A stretch of DNA of 64,000 nt from Candidatus Doudnabacteria bacterium (GTDB lineage Bacteria; Patescibacteriota; Doudnabacteria; UBA920; VMFF01): NCBI GenBank assembly GCA_028286905.1, contig JAQBQP010000002.1:383430-447429 (forward strand). Direction: 5' to 3'. This document shows positions 12,035-22,663 of this stretch, piece by piece. Under the pieces are notes generated by a model. The model was not told the DNA's origin, did not search any database, and saw only the letters and a program-made list of their open reading frames with translations. The stretch's first letter is position 1. Each line of letters starts with the position of its first letter. The translations under genes were made by a program, and so were the position numbers.

Positions 12035-13822
12035 TTATTTCTTTAGCACCGCCAAAAAGGCTTCTTGAGGAATTTCTACTTTGCCAATTTTCTTCATGCG
12101 TTTTTTGCCTTTTTTCTGTTTGTTCAAAACTTTCATTTTTCGAGTAACATCGCCGCCGTATAATCCGCCGGTTACATCTTTTCTAAAAGCTTTGATAGTT
12201 TCTCGAGCGACAACTTTCCCGCCAATCGTTGCTTGCAAAGGAATTTCGAACTGTTGTTTTGGAATAAGCTCCTTTAGACTAGCAACCAATTCCCGGCCTT
12301 CAACTTCTGCAACACTTCGATGCACAATTGTAGCCAAAGCTTCCACTTTTTCTCCGGAAACTATAATGTCTACCTTTTGTAAATCACCAACCCGTTCATC
12401 TAAGAAATCGTAGTTCAAGGAAGCGTATCCGGACGAAACGCTTTTTAGCTTATCGTAAAAATCAATAATTATGTTGGCAAGTGGCATTTCAAATTTCATC
12501 AAGACCCGGTCCTGACGAACGTAATTTATATCGACGCTAATACCACGACGTTGTGAGACTATTTCCATAATCGGTCCGATGTACTCTTGCGGTGTTAAAA
12601 TTTCTACCGACATCCAAGGCTCAGAAACGTTTTGAATTGTCGAAGGATCCGGCCATTCTGCAGGAGTATGGATAACTTTATCTACTCCGCTCATTAAATG
12701 CACTCTGTAAGCAACGCTTGGCGCGGTTAGCACTAAATCTAAATCATATTCTCTAGACAAACGTTCCTGAACGATATCCATATGTAGCAAGCCCAAAAAA
12801 CCGGTTCTGAAACCAAAACCGATTGAAGGAATGTTTTCTGGCTCAAATTGCAGTGCTGCATCGCTTAGCTTTAGCTTATCCATTGCTTCGCGAAGTTTTG
12901 GATAATCTTCGGCAGAGGTTGGAAAAATTGTTGCAAAGACCATCGGCTTTACCTGTTTATAGCCAGGTAATTGCTGGATGTCTTCTTTGTACTCTTTTAA
13001 TGTAACCGTATCGCCAACGCGCGCCTTGCTAACGTCGCGTAAGCCGGTAACGATATAACCCACTTCTCCGGTCATGATTTTTTCCTGGCCTTCAAACTTC
13101 GGCCTAAAGAATCCAACGTCTAAAGCTTGCGCTTCGGTATTTGTGCCAATCATTCGGATCGTTTGATTTTTTCTAATTTCACCGTCAAAAACTCTTATAA
13201 AAGAAATTACTCCACGGTGCGTGTCATAAACAGAATCAAAAATCAATCCGCGAAACGGCGCGTCTGGATTGCCTTGTGGCCTTGGTACTCGTTCAACCAC
13301 GGCTTTTAAAATTTCATCGACCCCTTCACCAGTCTTCCCAGAAGCGTATAAAATTTCTTCTTCATCAAAACCGAAGATATTCATAATTTCTTCTGCAGTT
13401 TTAACTCGATCCGAGTTTGGCAAATCAATTTTATTTACAACTGGAATTATTTTTAAATTGTGTTCCTGTGCTAAGTGCACATTTGCTAAGGTTTGCGCTT
13501 CGATTCCTTGAGTAGAATCAACAACTAGGATCGCCCCTTCGCAACACGCCAAAGAACGGGATACTTCATAAGTAAAATCAACGTGCCCGGGAGTATCAAT
13601 CAAATTCAAAACATAATCCTGTCCATCTAAAGAATAGTTCATTCGGACTGGTTGCAGTTTTATAGTAATACCGCGTTCGCGTTCTAAATCCATTTGATCG
13701 AGCAGCTGATCCTTCATATCCCTTTTTGCAACAGTATTAGTGGTCTGTAAAAGGCGGTCCGCTAAAGTGGACTTACCATGGTCGATATGCGCAATAATAC
13801 AAAAATTTCGAACGTTATTCAT
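12035..13822 (-). CDS. lepA: Elongation factor 4 (LepA)
   Basis: 595 aa; NFCIIAHIDHGKSTLADRLL G-domain and LepA-specific C-terminus. Confidence 0.97.
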   Translation of the reverse strand: MNNVRNFCIIAHIDHGKSTLADRLLQTTNTVAKRDMKDQLLDQMDLERERGITIKLQPVRMNYSLDGQDYVLNLIDTPGHVDFTYEVSRSLACCEGAILVVDSTQGIEAQTLANVHLAQEHNLKIIPVVNKIDLPNSDRVKTAEEIMNIFGFDEEEILYASGKTGEGVDEILKAVVERVPRPQGNPDAPFRGLIFDSVYDTHRGVISFIRVFDGEIRKNQTIRMIGTNTEAQALDVGFFRPKFEGQEKIMTGEVGYIVTGLRDVSKARVGDTVTLKEYKEDIQQLPGYKQVKPMVFATIFPTSAEDYPKLREAMDKLKLSDAALQFEPENIPSIGFGFRTGFLGLLHMDIVQERLSREYDLDLVLTAPSVAYRVHLMSGVDKVIHTPAEWPDPSTIQNVSEPWMSVEILTPQEYIGPIMEIVSQRRGISVDINYVRQDRVLMKFEMPLANIIIDFYDKLKSVSSGYASLNYDFLDERVGDLQKVDIIVSGEKVEALATIVHRSVAEVEGRELVASLKELIPKQQFEIPLQATIGGKVVARETIKAFRKDVTGGLYGGDVTRKMKVLNKQKKGKKRMKKIGKVEIPQEAFLAVLKK

Positions 13823-13848
13823 AAATTTATTACGGTGTAGAGCTAATT

Positions 13849-15432
13849 CTAACCGAGAATCTTTCTTTTTACAATGCTCACCGCCGTTCTTGCCTCTTCT
13901 ATTCCAAAGGCCAGCGCTGCTCCCAAGAAAACAACTAAACCAAATCCGCCTGCAACAACTGCTTGCGCAAGAACCTTTAAAGTACTATCCAAGTTAAAAA
14001 ATATGCTGAACAGATGCGCTGCGGCGTAAGTGCCTATTCCTAATAAAACAGAGGCCATAATTATTTTAGAAAGTACTTTAAACAAATATTTGTCATCAAA
14101 ATCAGATAAATGTTTGCGTAAGAATATAAAGAGCGCTGCGGCATTGACGATGTTGGAAATGCTAAATCCAATTACCAAACCCATCGCTCCATATGTTTTT
14201 GCAAAGAAAAAAGAAAGAACAGCGTTTAAAGCCAAGGTCGACAAGCCAATTAAAACCGGAGTGACGGTATTCTGTCGGGCATAAAATGCCCGCGAAAATA
14301 ACGGAGAGATACTTTGAGCAAAAATGCTAATTGCAAAAATACCTAAAGCGTTTGCCGTAAGCTTAGTTGCTTCCCAGTCAAAATGCCCGGCTCCCAATAC
14401 TAATCGAATTATTTGAGCGCGCAGCAATATAATTAAAATCGAAATTGGAATAACAAAAAATAAAATGTTTATTGCAGTTTTTAAGAAAATCTTGTTAAAG
14501 AGCAAATTATCACCTTTTGCAAAGCTCTCAGATAAATCTGGAAATGCCGCAATTGCAAAGGATATTCCAAACATTCCAATCGCTACTGCCTGAAGATTGT
14601 TCGCTAAGTTAAAAATTGCGACCGTGCCAGAGGCGAGCAACGACCCAATAATTCCCGCGATCAATAAGCTCATCTGAGCATTATCAATCCCAAAGATTCT
14701 TGGAATGAATAATTTAACAATTTTTTTAACGCCAACGTGATGAATGTTCCAACTAGGTTTTAAAACAAACCCAGCGCTTAGAGCGCCGAGCATTTGCACG
14801 ACCAAATGCAAAACTGCCCCGATTACAACGCCATAGCCTAACCCCATAATACCGTAGCGCGGATAAAAAAATACAATTCCTAAAATAATGCCGAAATTAT
14901 AAATAATTGGCGCCAATGAAACCAACACAAATCTTTTTAAAGAATTTAAAACGCTGCCAAAGACATTAGAAATGGTAAATAATATTGGTGAAATTAAAAA
15001 CAGTCGGGTTAACATTACCGTATTATCAAATTTGACCCCGCTAAAACCTGGCGCGGTTAAGCGCGTAATTTCCGGAACAATAAAAAATAGGACCGCACAA
15101 ATTATAGACATCCCTACAAAAGTCACACTTAAAACAGTATTTGCGATGTCGTTGGCTTCGTCTTGATCTTTAATAAAATATTCAGTAAAAACCGGAATAA
15201 AAGCCACGGACAGCGTGCCTAAAATTAACAAATTAAAAACCAAATCTGGAATTCTGAAAGCAACATAGTAAGAATCCAATACGTCCCCTGCTCCAAAAGT
15301 TGAAGCAAACAATCGATCTCGAAACAATCCTACTAAACGTGAAAGCAAAGTAAAGACTGCTAGAATTGTTGCGGCTTTATAAATTGAGCTTTTATTATTA
15401 ATTTGCATAAAGTTATTTCTGCTTATCATCAA
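13849..15432 (-). CDS. murJ: Lipid II flippase MurJ (MviN)
   Basis: 527 aa, about 14 transmembrane helices, MurJ-family N-terminus (LSRLVGLFRDRLFASTFGAG). Confidence 0.9.
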   Translation of the reverse strand: MMISRNNFMQINNKSSIYKAATILAVFTLLSRLVGLFRDRLFASTFGAGDVLDSYYVAFRIPDLVFNLLILGTLSVAFIPVFTEYFIKDQDEANDIANTVLSVTFVGMSIICAVLFFIVPEITRLTAPGFSGVKFDNTVMLTRLFLISPILFTISNVFGSVLNSLKRFVLVSLAPIIYNFGIILGIVFFYPRYGIMGLGYGVVIGAVLHLVVQMLGALSAGFVLKPSWNIHHVGVKKIVKLFIPRIFGIDNAQMSLLIAGIIGSLLASGTVAIFNLANNLQAVAIGMFGISFAIAAFPDLSESFAKGDNLLFNKIFLKTAINILFFVIPISILIILLRAQIIRLVLGAGHFDWEATKLTANALGIFAISIFAQSISPLFSRAFYARQNTVTPVLIGLSTLALNAVLSFFFAKTYGAMGLVIGFSISNIVNAAALFIFLRKHLSDFDDKYLFKVLSKIIMASVLLGIGTYAAAHLFSIFFNLDSTLKVLAQAVVAGGFGLVVFLGAALAFGIEEARTAVSIVKRKILG

Positions 15433-17479
15433 AGACTATTCCTAAAAAAGTATCTTCAGTTAAATCTTGAGAAAAATTAATCTGTCCGTTGTCAGCGCCT
15501 AAATTATTTGGCGTATACCAAGCAATTTTCTTGGGCTGGGATAGAATGTAGTCCAAACTGATCGGATTGTTTCCCGGCTGCTTTTGAAACAAAATGCTGA
15601 AATGCTTCATATTTCCATAATTGAACGGCAGTAAGTATTTTACTGTTACGGTAGTCTTTTGACCAGGATCAACTTCTATCCAGTTTCCAAAACTGGTTTT
15701 ACCAGCTTCTACACTGGTTACAGTAAGCGAATTTTGATCTACGGTTGATGAGTCATCAATTGCCATTAAATCAGGATCTAACTTGTAATTGGTAGGGTCA
15801 GGATTAGCGCTGCCATTTGCTAAATAATGCGGTTTTGGGGTAAAACCCTGGGCAGAAATTAATTTACTACCAACGGGCACTAAGAATCTGACATAATCAA
15901 TATTTTTATCGGGTTGGTTTAAATTAATTTGATGTTCTCTGGTATAAGTCAAAGTATTGATAATACTGCCGTCCGGCTGCACTTCACTTTTCAAATTTGC
16001 CGACTGGCTCACATCTAGGTCAGTTTTTTTGCCACCAATGTTCGCGTTATAAATTGCTAAATAGTCAGCATCGTTTTGCGCAATTAATCCAGCCCAATTA
16101 TATTTTTCAAACTGCGCTTGAACTGTTGGGTTGCGGTCGTAAAATAAAATATTTTTTTCAAAAATATTTGTGAAAAGCGTCGTAAGTAAAGCTGTTTTTG
16201 AGGTATCATTTGCAGCGCCTAATTTTTGCAGCAATAACGGCGCAAAATCGGCCAGCATTTGTTTTGGATTATTTGTGGTCTTATCATACAAAATTGAAGT
16301 ATTTAACTGAATCACATCGCGGAAGTTTTCAGCTGTTAAAGTTAAATTGTATTTTGGAAAATCGATCGGTCCAGTAATTTTTAAGAGATCTACAAACATA
16401 TCGGGGGTCACGGCTATCACCGCATCCGGCGTTTCTCCGGCTTCTTTTTCATAAAAACTGCTGGCTTTAATTGCCGATTGCTTAAAATCAACAAACCAAT
16501 TTGAATCCCTTAAAGCCCAGGCTTGAGTTGCGTCATGAAAAGGACCTGGAGGCGCAATCCGTTCTTTTAACTGACCATCAATATCATAAATGCTGCTGAT
16601 TTTTTGTGATACGATTTTACCATCGATTGTTTTAAAATAGCCGTAAGTTCCAATAAATCCTCCGGTTGGTCGAAGCTCATTATTATTTTCAAACAGCACT
16701 AAGAAGCTTTTCTGTCCTGGTCCGACAAACTGCTGAAATAAAGTAAATAGCTCAGTTAGCTGAGTTGCAGCATTGCTCGCAAAGTTTAACTGCTCTTTAT
16801 AATTAGAAAATTGATCTTTGTAATTTGCCGGCAAATCGTTTTGGCTAACCGAAGAAAGATTCTGGTCTGCTGCCACTAGATTGGTGTTAGCATTATCTAA
16901 ATATTTTTTTGCAGCATTCATGGTTTCGTAAAAACCATCGGGAGTTTCAAATCCAGCCGGACTTACTTTTATTTGCGAGCTTAAAACGTAAAAATTATCT
17001 AAATCAATCCCTGCTTCCGAAAGCTGCTGTCCAGCTTTTAAAAGCTGACTTGCGCTATTTCCTTGTGGAGTAAGCTTTAAAAGCGAGCTCACCGCCGCGC
17101 CTAAGTCAGAAATATTTTTTTGAGCTTCAATAAAATTTTGCTGAGCAAAAATAAACTGCTGCTCGGCGCCCAAGAAATCTTTTTGCTGGACTAAATTCTG
17201 CGCTTCTTTTAAATGCGACAAGGCTTCGTTTGTGGTGCCTAAAACTGTAGCCTTGGTACTCAAACCCGAAGCAATTATTTTTGCTGCTTGGAAACCAAAA
17301 ATAATTACAATCAAAATCATTGCAAAGGTTCGAATTTCTCTTAACTTAAAATTATTTTTCAGCATCGGCTGCCCAGGTTTCAGCTTTTGTTTTAGCTCGA
17401 ATTCGCTCAAATCTAAAACAATCGGCTGATAAGCGCGCTTAGGGCGAAAATCTTCAGTTGGATTATTTTTTTGGAGCAT
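15413..17479 (-). CDS. Large membrane-anchored extracytoplasmic hypothetical protein
   Basis: 688 aa with one N-terminal transmembrane helix and a large soluble domain; lies between murJ and ftsW. Confidence 0.65.
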   Translation of the reverse strand: MLQKNNPTEDFRPKRAYQPIVLDLSEFELKQKLKPGQPMLKNNFKLREIRTFAMILIVIIFGFQAAKIIASGLSTKATVLGTTNEALSHLKEAQNLVQQKDFLGAEQQFIFAQQNFIEAQKNISDLGAAVSSLLKLTPQGNSASQLLKAGQQLSEAGIDLDNFYVLSSQIKVSPAGFETPDGFYETMNAAKKYLDNANTNLVAADQNLSSVSQNDLPANYKDQFSNYKEQLNFASNAATQLTELFTLFQQFVGPGQKSFLVLFENNNELRPTGGFIGTYGYFKTIDGKIVSQKISSIYDIDGQLKERIAPPGPFHDATQAWALRDSNWFVDFKQSAIKASSFYEKEAGETPDAVIAVTPDMFVDLLKITGPIDFPKYNLTLTAENFRDVIQLNTSILYDKTTNNPKQMLADFAPLLLQKLGAANDTSKTALLTTLFTNIFEKNILFYDRNPTVQAQFEKYNWAGLIAQNDADYLAIYNANIGGKKTDLDVSQSANLKSEVQPDGSIINTLTYTREHQINLNQPDKNIDYVRFLVPVGSKLISAQGFTPKPHYLANGSANPDPTNYKLDPDLMAIDDSSTVDQNSLTVTSVEAGKTSFGNWIEVDPGQKTTVTVKYLLPFNYGNMKHFSILFQKQPGNNPISLDYILSQPKKIAWYTPNNLGADNGQINFSQDLTEDTFLGIVFDDKQK

Positions 17480-17482
17480 AAA

Positions 17483-18601
17483 TTAAAACTTTGCCTGCTT
17501 TGAAACGTTTAAGAGAATACCCATTGCAGCTAACGTTACAACCAAAGAAGAAGATCCATAGGAAATAAATGGCAATGGAATTCCAGTTAATGGCAACAAT
17601 CCAATAATTGCGCCGATATTGATTAATGCCTGGAACACTATCCAAGCAATAATTCCGCTCGCGAGCATTTTTCCGAAAGCATCTGGCGCATGGTCTGCAA
17701 TTTTCAAACCTCTAAAAGCAAAAAGAATATATAAGCCAACAATTAAACCGCTTCTTAAAAACCCAAGTTCTTCTACCGTAACCGCAAAAATCGAATCGCC
17801 CATAACCTCGGGAAGGAAATTATATTTTTGCCTGGAGTTGCCGTAACCTTGGCCCCAAAATCCAGCGGAACCAACAGCCACCAATGCTTGGTTTATTTGA
17901 TAACCAATCCCCTGCGGGTCGGCGCCTGGATTTAAAAAAGTAGTAAAGCGCGCTAAACGGTAGGGCTGCAATTTAACCAAGACAACTAATGTTAAAAACC
18001 CTCCGACCAAAATCCAACCCAAATGTTTAATTCTCGAACCGCCCACAAATAATAGCGTGAAGGAGGTTGCAATAACCACCAACATCGTCCCGATGTCCGG
18101 TTCTAAAATTATTAATCCGGCAACCAAGCTAATAATAATTAACGAAGGAATAATGCCGTAATAAAAATCTTTTATCTCATGGCTGCGTTTATCTATCCAA
18201 GAAGAGATGTAAAAAATTAAACTTAATTTGGCAAGTTCCGCTGGTTGAAAGGAAAATCCACCATGCGCAATCCAACGCCTAGAATTTCCCACTTTTAAAC
18301 CAATTCCCGGAACCAACACTGCCATTAATAAAGCGATACTGGCAAACATGAACAAAGGTGCGTATTTTTGCCAGAAGTGATAATCGATTTTGCTACAAAT
18401 GTACATTAAAACCAGACCCAGCAGCACTCCCTGCACTAGCTGATTGAAAAAGAAATGGGTGTTAGTATGGAATTTTGAAAAAGATAAAACTGTTGAAGCA
18501 GAATATAAAATTATTAAACCGAGTAAAAGCATGCTAAAAACAATCGCCAGCATTTTATAATCCATTGTTTGATTTTTGCTTTTAGGAGTGTTCTTATTCA
18601 T
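17483..18601 (-). CDS. ftsW: SEDS-family peptidoglycan glycosyltransferase (FtsW/RodA)
   Basis: 372 aa polytopic protein with SEDS motifs, immediately downstream of murD. Confidence 0.88.
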   Translation of the reverse strand: MNKNTPKSKNQTMDYKMLAIVFSMLLLGLIILYSASTVLSFSKFHTNTHFFFNQLVQGVLLGLVLMYICSKIDYHFWQKYAPLFMFASIALLMAVLVPGIGLKVGNSRRWIAHGGFSFQPAELAKLSLIFYISSWIDKRSHEIKDFYYGIIPSLIIISLVAGLIILEPDIGTMLVVIATSFTLLFVGGSRIKHLGWILVGGFLTLVVLVKLQPYRLARFTTFLNPGADPQGIGYQINQALVAVGSAGFWGQGYGNSRQKYNFLPEVMGDSIFAVTVEELGFLRSGLIVGLYILFAFRGLKIADHAPDAFGKMLASGIIAWIVFQALINIGAIIGLLPLTGIPLPFISYGSSSLVVTLAAMGILLNVSKQAKF

Positions 18602-19967
18602 ATTGCTCCGCGAACTTTTTAAATTGGTTGCCTCGATCTTTGTAGTCTTTAAACATGTCGAAGCTGGAAGTTCCTGGGGCTAACAAAACCACATCGCCAG
18701 CTTCGGCAATATTTTTCAGCTGTGAAAAAATTTCAGTCATGTTTTGTGCACCGGTCAAAATTTTTCCAGTAAAACCAAGCTCTTTTAGATCGGCATTAAT
18801 CCCAGCGGCAATCTCTCCGATTAAAACTAAGGCTTTTAAGTTTTTTTGGCGGCAAAGTTCTTCCGTGAATTCTCGATAATTTACCTTTTTGTCCACTCCG
18901 CCAATAATGACAATCTCCGGTTCATTAAAAGCTTTGATTGCAGCCAGTGCGCTCTGCGGAGTAGTGCCAATTGAATCGTTATAAAATTTAACTTTGTTTT
19001 TTTCCACCACAAACTCCAACCGATGCTCCAAGCCTTTGTAATTGTGAATCGTTTCTAAAACAATACTGTCTTTGATATTTAAAATTTTTGAAACCATTAA
19101 AGCTGCAGAAATATTTTCAATATTATGAAATCCTCTTAACGGAGAATCTTTTGTTTCTGCGATCTGGCTTAGCTGCCCTTTTTCTACCAAATAAATGGCG
19201 CCGTGCAACTGTTCTGCAAAAATTCCATTTTTTATCTTCAAAAATTCTTCCGGCTTATAAATATTAAAAGGATCAGTGCTTACTTTTTCTGCTGGTAAAG
19301 TTTGAATATAAAATTTCTGTCCACTCCCGTTTTTCCCAATTTTAACTGAAGGCTCGTAATCGACATTAATTACCGCAAAATCTGAATCTTTTTGATACTT
19401 AGTTATCGAACTTTTAGCTTCAATATATTCTTCCATACCTAAATGGTAATCAAAGTGTTCTGGAACCACCATTAAAACTACTGCGATATGCGGAGAAGTT
19501 TTTAAATCTTGCAATTGAAAACTGGAAAGCTCTAGCACCACATAGCTATCTTCCGTTATTGTTTCTAACAAATCAATCGCCGGGATACCAATGTTCCCTG
19601 CTAAATAAGCTTTTATTTTTGCGTTTTGTAAAATCTCAAAAATTAATTTACTAGTAGTCCCTTTTCCTTTTGAGCCGGTAACTCCAATAACTTTTGCTGG
19701 ACAATTTTCTAAAAAAAATTTTACTTGCGAGGTTATTTCAATTCCTTTTTTTTGAGCAGCAATCAACAACGGTTCATTAATTTTAACTCCCGGGGAGCGA
19801 AACAATATTTCGTATTGCGTTACTTTTTCTAAATATGCAGGGTCATCTTTTTTATCAAGAATATCAAAATCAATTTGATGTTTCTTCAAATAATTAGCGA
19901 CGGCTTGACCTTCAATCCCAAAGCCAAGAATTGCAATTTTCTTATTTTTTAAGTCTGCTAAAGTCAT
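18594..19967 (-). CDS. murD: UDP-N-acetylmuramoylalanine--D-glutamate ligase
   Basis: 457 aa; Rossmann N-terminus KIAILGFGIEGQA and Mur-ligase P-loop GVTGSKGKGTT. Confidence 0.92.
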   Translation of the reverse strand: MTLADLKNKKIAILGFGIEGQAVANYLKKHQIDFDILDKKDDPAYLEKVTQYEILFRSPGVKINEPLLIAAQKKGIEITSQVKFFLENCPAKVIGVTGSKGKGTTSKLIFEILQNAKIKAYLAGNIGIPAIDLLETITEDSYVVLELSSFQLQDLKTSPHIAVVLMVVPEHFDYHLGMEEYIEAKSSITKYQKDSDFAVINVDYEPSVKIGKNGSGQKFYIQTLPAEKVSTDPFNIYKPEEFLKIKNGIFAEQLHGAIYLVEKGQLSQIAETKDSPLRGFHNIENISAALMVSKILNIKDSIVLETIHNYKGLEHRLEFVVEKNKVKFYNDSIGTTPQSALAAIKAFNEPEIVIIGGVDKKVNYREFTEELCRQKNLKALVLIGEIAAGINADLKELGFTGKILTGAQNMTEIFSQLKNIAEAGDVVLLAPGTSSFDMFKDYKDRGNQFKKFAEQYE

Positions 19968-21532
19968 TATGATTTTCTTAAAACTCTGCCTTTACTTATG
20001 CCAAACAAACTGCCCTTTTGCGAGACGATTGTACCGTTCACGAAAACGTACTCAATTCCTTCCGGGGCCTGATAAGGATTTTTATAGTTTGCTTGAGAAT
20101 TTATTTTAGAATTAAAAACTACTAAGTCGGCATAGTTATCGATGGCAATCGTGCCCCGTTTATGCAAACCAACTTTCGTTGCAGGAATTGAAGTAATTTT
20201 TTGCACTGCCATTTCCAAGCTGCAAATATTATTTGCTACAGCCATATTCAAAAATTTCGGCATTGAACCAAAGCATCGCGGGTGCGCCAAGGATTGTTGA
20301 TTGCGGGCCAATGGAAAACCGGCGCCATCAGTTGCAATCATTGATAACGGGTGGCCAAGTAAAGTTTGAACTTGGCTGATATTTAAATTCTCTTCAAATA
20401 CCAAAATTTCGCTGCCACCGCGTTCAATCATATTTAACAAAGCATCTTCGGAATCGCATTCTTGTCCGGCAGCAAGCTCGCCCAAAGTTTTGCCAACCAC
20501 ATTTAATTGCATTGAGGTGCTAGCAATCATGATTGCGCTGTAATTGATATCTTTGCTCATCAAATATGCTTTGATTTTTTTACGTTGTTCCGGGTCTTTT
20601 AAATGTTTCAGCATTACATCGCGGCCGCCTTCATAAGCCCACTTCGGCAAATAGGTATAAAGCACTTGCCAAATAAAATCATACGGATACAAATCAAAAT
20701 GAATTGAACCTTTTTTTTGATAGTTCGCTTCAATTAAATTTAAAGCATGCGGCAAAAGATGCCAGTTTGATTTATTGCGAACTTTTAAATGAGAAATTTT
20801 TAAATTGACTCCGGTCTTGTTTACCAACTCTAGCGCTTCCGCCACGCTTTCGGTAAGTTCCGCGCCTTCTGAGCGCAAATGTACTGACATTAAAGCATTT
20901 TTGTTTTTTACTATTTTTGCCAGCTCTAATAATTCATCTTCCGAAATAATCGCTTCATGGGCATAGGAAAGACCGGATGATAAACCAAATGCTCCAGCGT
21001 CAATGCTTTCTTCCAGAGAACGTTTTAAAATTTTTCGTTCATCTTCGTTTAACGCTCGAATATCATCCTTCACTAAGCCACGACGAAGGGTGGAATACCC
21101 GACCAAGCTACCAATGTTCACCCCAAAAGAACGGGCCGACAAAACTTCCAAGTATTCTTTAAAAGTCAGCCAGTTAAGATTGACGCCTTCTAAATTGTGC
21201 CACTTTCGAATCGAAAGTAACGCGTCAGGCGAAAGCAACGGTGCTAAAGACGCGCCACAATTTCCAATAATTGCGGTTGTAATCCCTTGCGAAACTAAAC
21301 TGTCTAAAGTAGGATTGTCAAAAATGGTCCAATAAACATCAGAGTGGTTTTGGATATCAACGAAACCCGGCGCAACGTACATTCCTTCAACATCTATAAT
21401 TTCTTGGGCATTGGCTTTCTGCAGGTTTCCGATTTGAACAATTTTATCTTGTTCAATCGCAATATCTGCCTTGTAAGCTGGCTTGCCTGTGCCGTCAATT
21501 ATATTTGCGTTTTTTAAAATTTTTGAATACAT
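19967..21532 (-). CDS. Amidohydrolase-superfamily enzyme, N-acyl-D-amino-acid deacylase (D-aminoacylase)-like
   Basis: 521 aa; N-terminus ILKNANIIDGTGKPAYKADIAI...GFVDIQNHSD matches the metal-dependent D-aminoacylase family. Confidence 0.75.
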   Translation of the reverse strand: MYSKILKNANIIDGTGKPAYKADIAIEQDKIVQIGNLQKANAQEIIDVEGMYVAPGFVDIQNHSDVYWTIFDNPTLDSLVSQGITTAIIGNCGASLAPLLSPDALLSIRKWHNLEGVNLNWLTFKEYLEVLSARSFGVNIGSLVGYSTLRRGLVKDDIRALNEDERKILKRSLEESIDAGAFGLSSGLSYAHEAIISEDELLELAKIVKNKNALMSVHLRSEGAELTESVAEALELVNKTGVNLKISHLKVRNKSNWHLLPHALNLIEANYQKKGSIHFDLYPYDFIWQVLYTYLPKWAYEGGRDVMLKHLKDPEQRKKIKAYLMSKDINYSAIMIASTSMQLNVVGKTLGELAAGQECDSEDALLNMIERGGSEILVFEENLNISQVQTLLGHPLSMIATDGAGFPLARNQQSLAHPRCFGSMPKFLNMAVANNICSLEMAVQKITSIPATKVGLHKRGTIAIDNYADLVVFNSKINSQANYKNPYQAPEGIEYVFVNGTIVSQKGSLFGISKGRVLRKS

Positions 21533-21570
21533 TTTGTTTTTTAGTTACTAGCTTATCCGGTTTTAAATTT

Positions 21571-22614
21571 CTAAATAATGCTAACGAAGTGAATAATTAC
21601 TCCTAATATTCCAAACACTAGCGCGATGATCCAAAGCCGCATTGTAACTTTAGCTTCGGGCCATCCTGAAGCTTCCAAGTGATGATGCAGCGGCGATGAT
21701 AAAAATAATTTCTTATGAAAAACCTTTCGCCAGAAAAGCTGGCCAAAGTAAGACAAGGCTTCCAATAAAAAAACAATTCCGATTACAGGCAACAAAAGCG
21801 AACCATTAACCAAAAAAGCAATCACCGCAAGTACTGTGCCCAAACCCATTGAGCCAGTGTCACCCATAAAAAAGCTGGCCGGAAAAATATTAAACCACAA
21901 GAATGCTAACAGCGCCCCAATCAGCACGCCTATAAATGACGCTAAATCGTATCTCCCCTCTAAATAAGCAAGCAATCCATAAGCGAAAAACGCCATTAAT
22001 AAAGCGCCTCCAGCAAGGCCGTCTAAACCATCGGTTTGGTTCACGGAAAAACTAGTGCCAACCACAACCAAAATAAAAAACGGAATGTATAACCAACCCA
22101 GAGTTAAATTACCTGCAAAAGGAATGCCGACATAATTAAAGCCAAGCTTATAGTAAAACCAGTATGCTCCGATTGCGGCTACAAGCGTATATAAAATTAA
22201 TTTATACCGAAATCTAAATCCTCTACCCTTAAAACCTCGTCCGCGTAAATCAAGAATATCATCAAACAAACCGATCATCGCAGCGCCAAGCAAAGCTCCT
22301 AATGGCAAAAGTGTTTCTTTTCTGGTTAGGAAATTCAAAAGGTGAAAGTATTGAATCCCCAACAATCTGTCTAAAACCCAAAAGACTACGATCAAAACTG
22401 TGAGCGTTCCCCAAATTAAAACGCCGGCCATCGTGGGAGTCCCTTGTTTTGCGGCATGTAACTTGCTAAAAATCGGGGTTGAACCGTCGTTTCGAATATT
22501 TTTGCCAACTTTTAATCGAACCAGGAATTTAATTAAAAACGGCGTCATCAGTAACGCAAATGCGAATGAGATCGCCGTTAAAATAAGTACTTTTAAAAGA
22601 TGGTAACTGATCAT
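21571..22614 (-). CDS. mraY: Phospho-N-acetylmuramoyl-pentapeptide transferase
   Basis: 347 aa, 10 transmembrane helices, conserved DD and NxxNxxDGxDGL-type motifs (NQTDGLDGLAGG). Confidence 0.95.
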   Translation of the reverse strand: MISYHLLKVLILTAISFAFALLMTPFLIKFLVRLKVGKNIRNDGSTPIFSKLHAAKQGTPTMAGVLIWGTLTVLIVVFWVLDRLLGIQYFHLLNFLTRKETLLPLGALLGAAMIGLFDDILDLRGRGFKGRGFRFRYKLILYTLVAAIGAYWFYYKLGFNYVGIPFAGNLTLGWLYIPFFILVVVGTSFSVNQTDGLDGLAGGALLMAFFAYGLLAYLEGRYDLASFIGVLIGALLAFLWFNIFPASFFMGDTGSMGLGTVLAVIAFLVNGSLLLPVIGIVFLLEALSYFGQLFWRKVFHKKLFLSSPLHHHLEASGWPEAKVTMRLWIIALVFGILGVIIHFVSII

Positions 22615-22663
22615 AAAGTTGCCTTAATTATACCATATTTTGGCTTGTTTCTAAAATGCTCTG

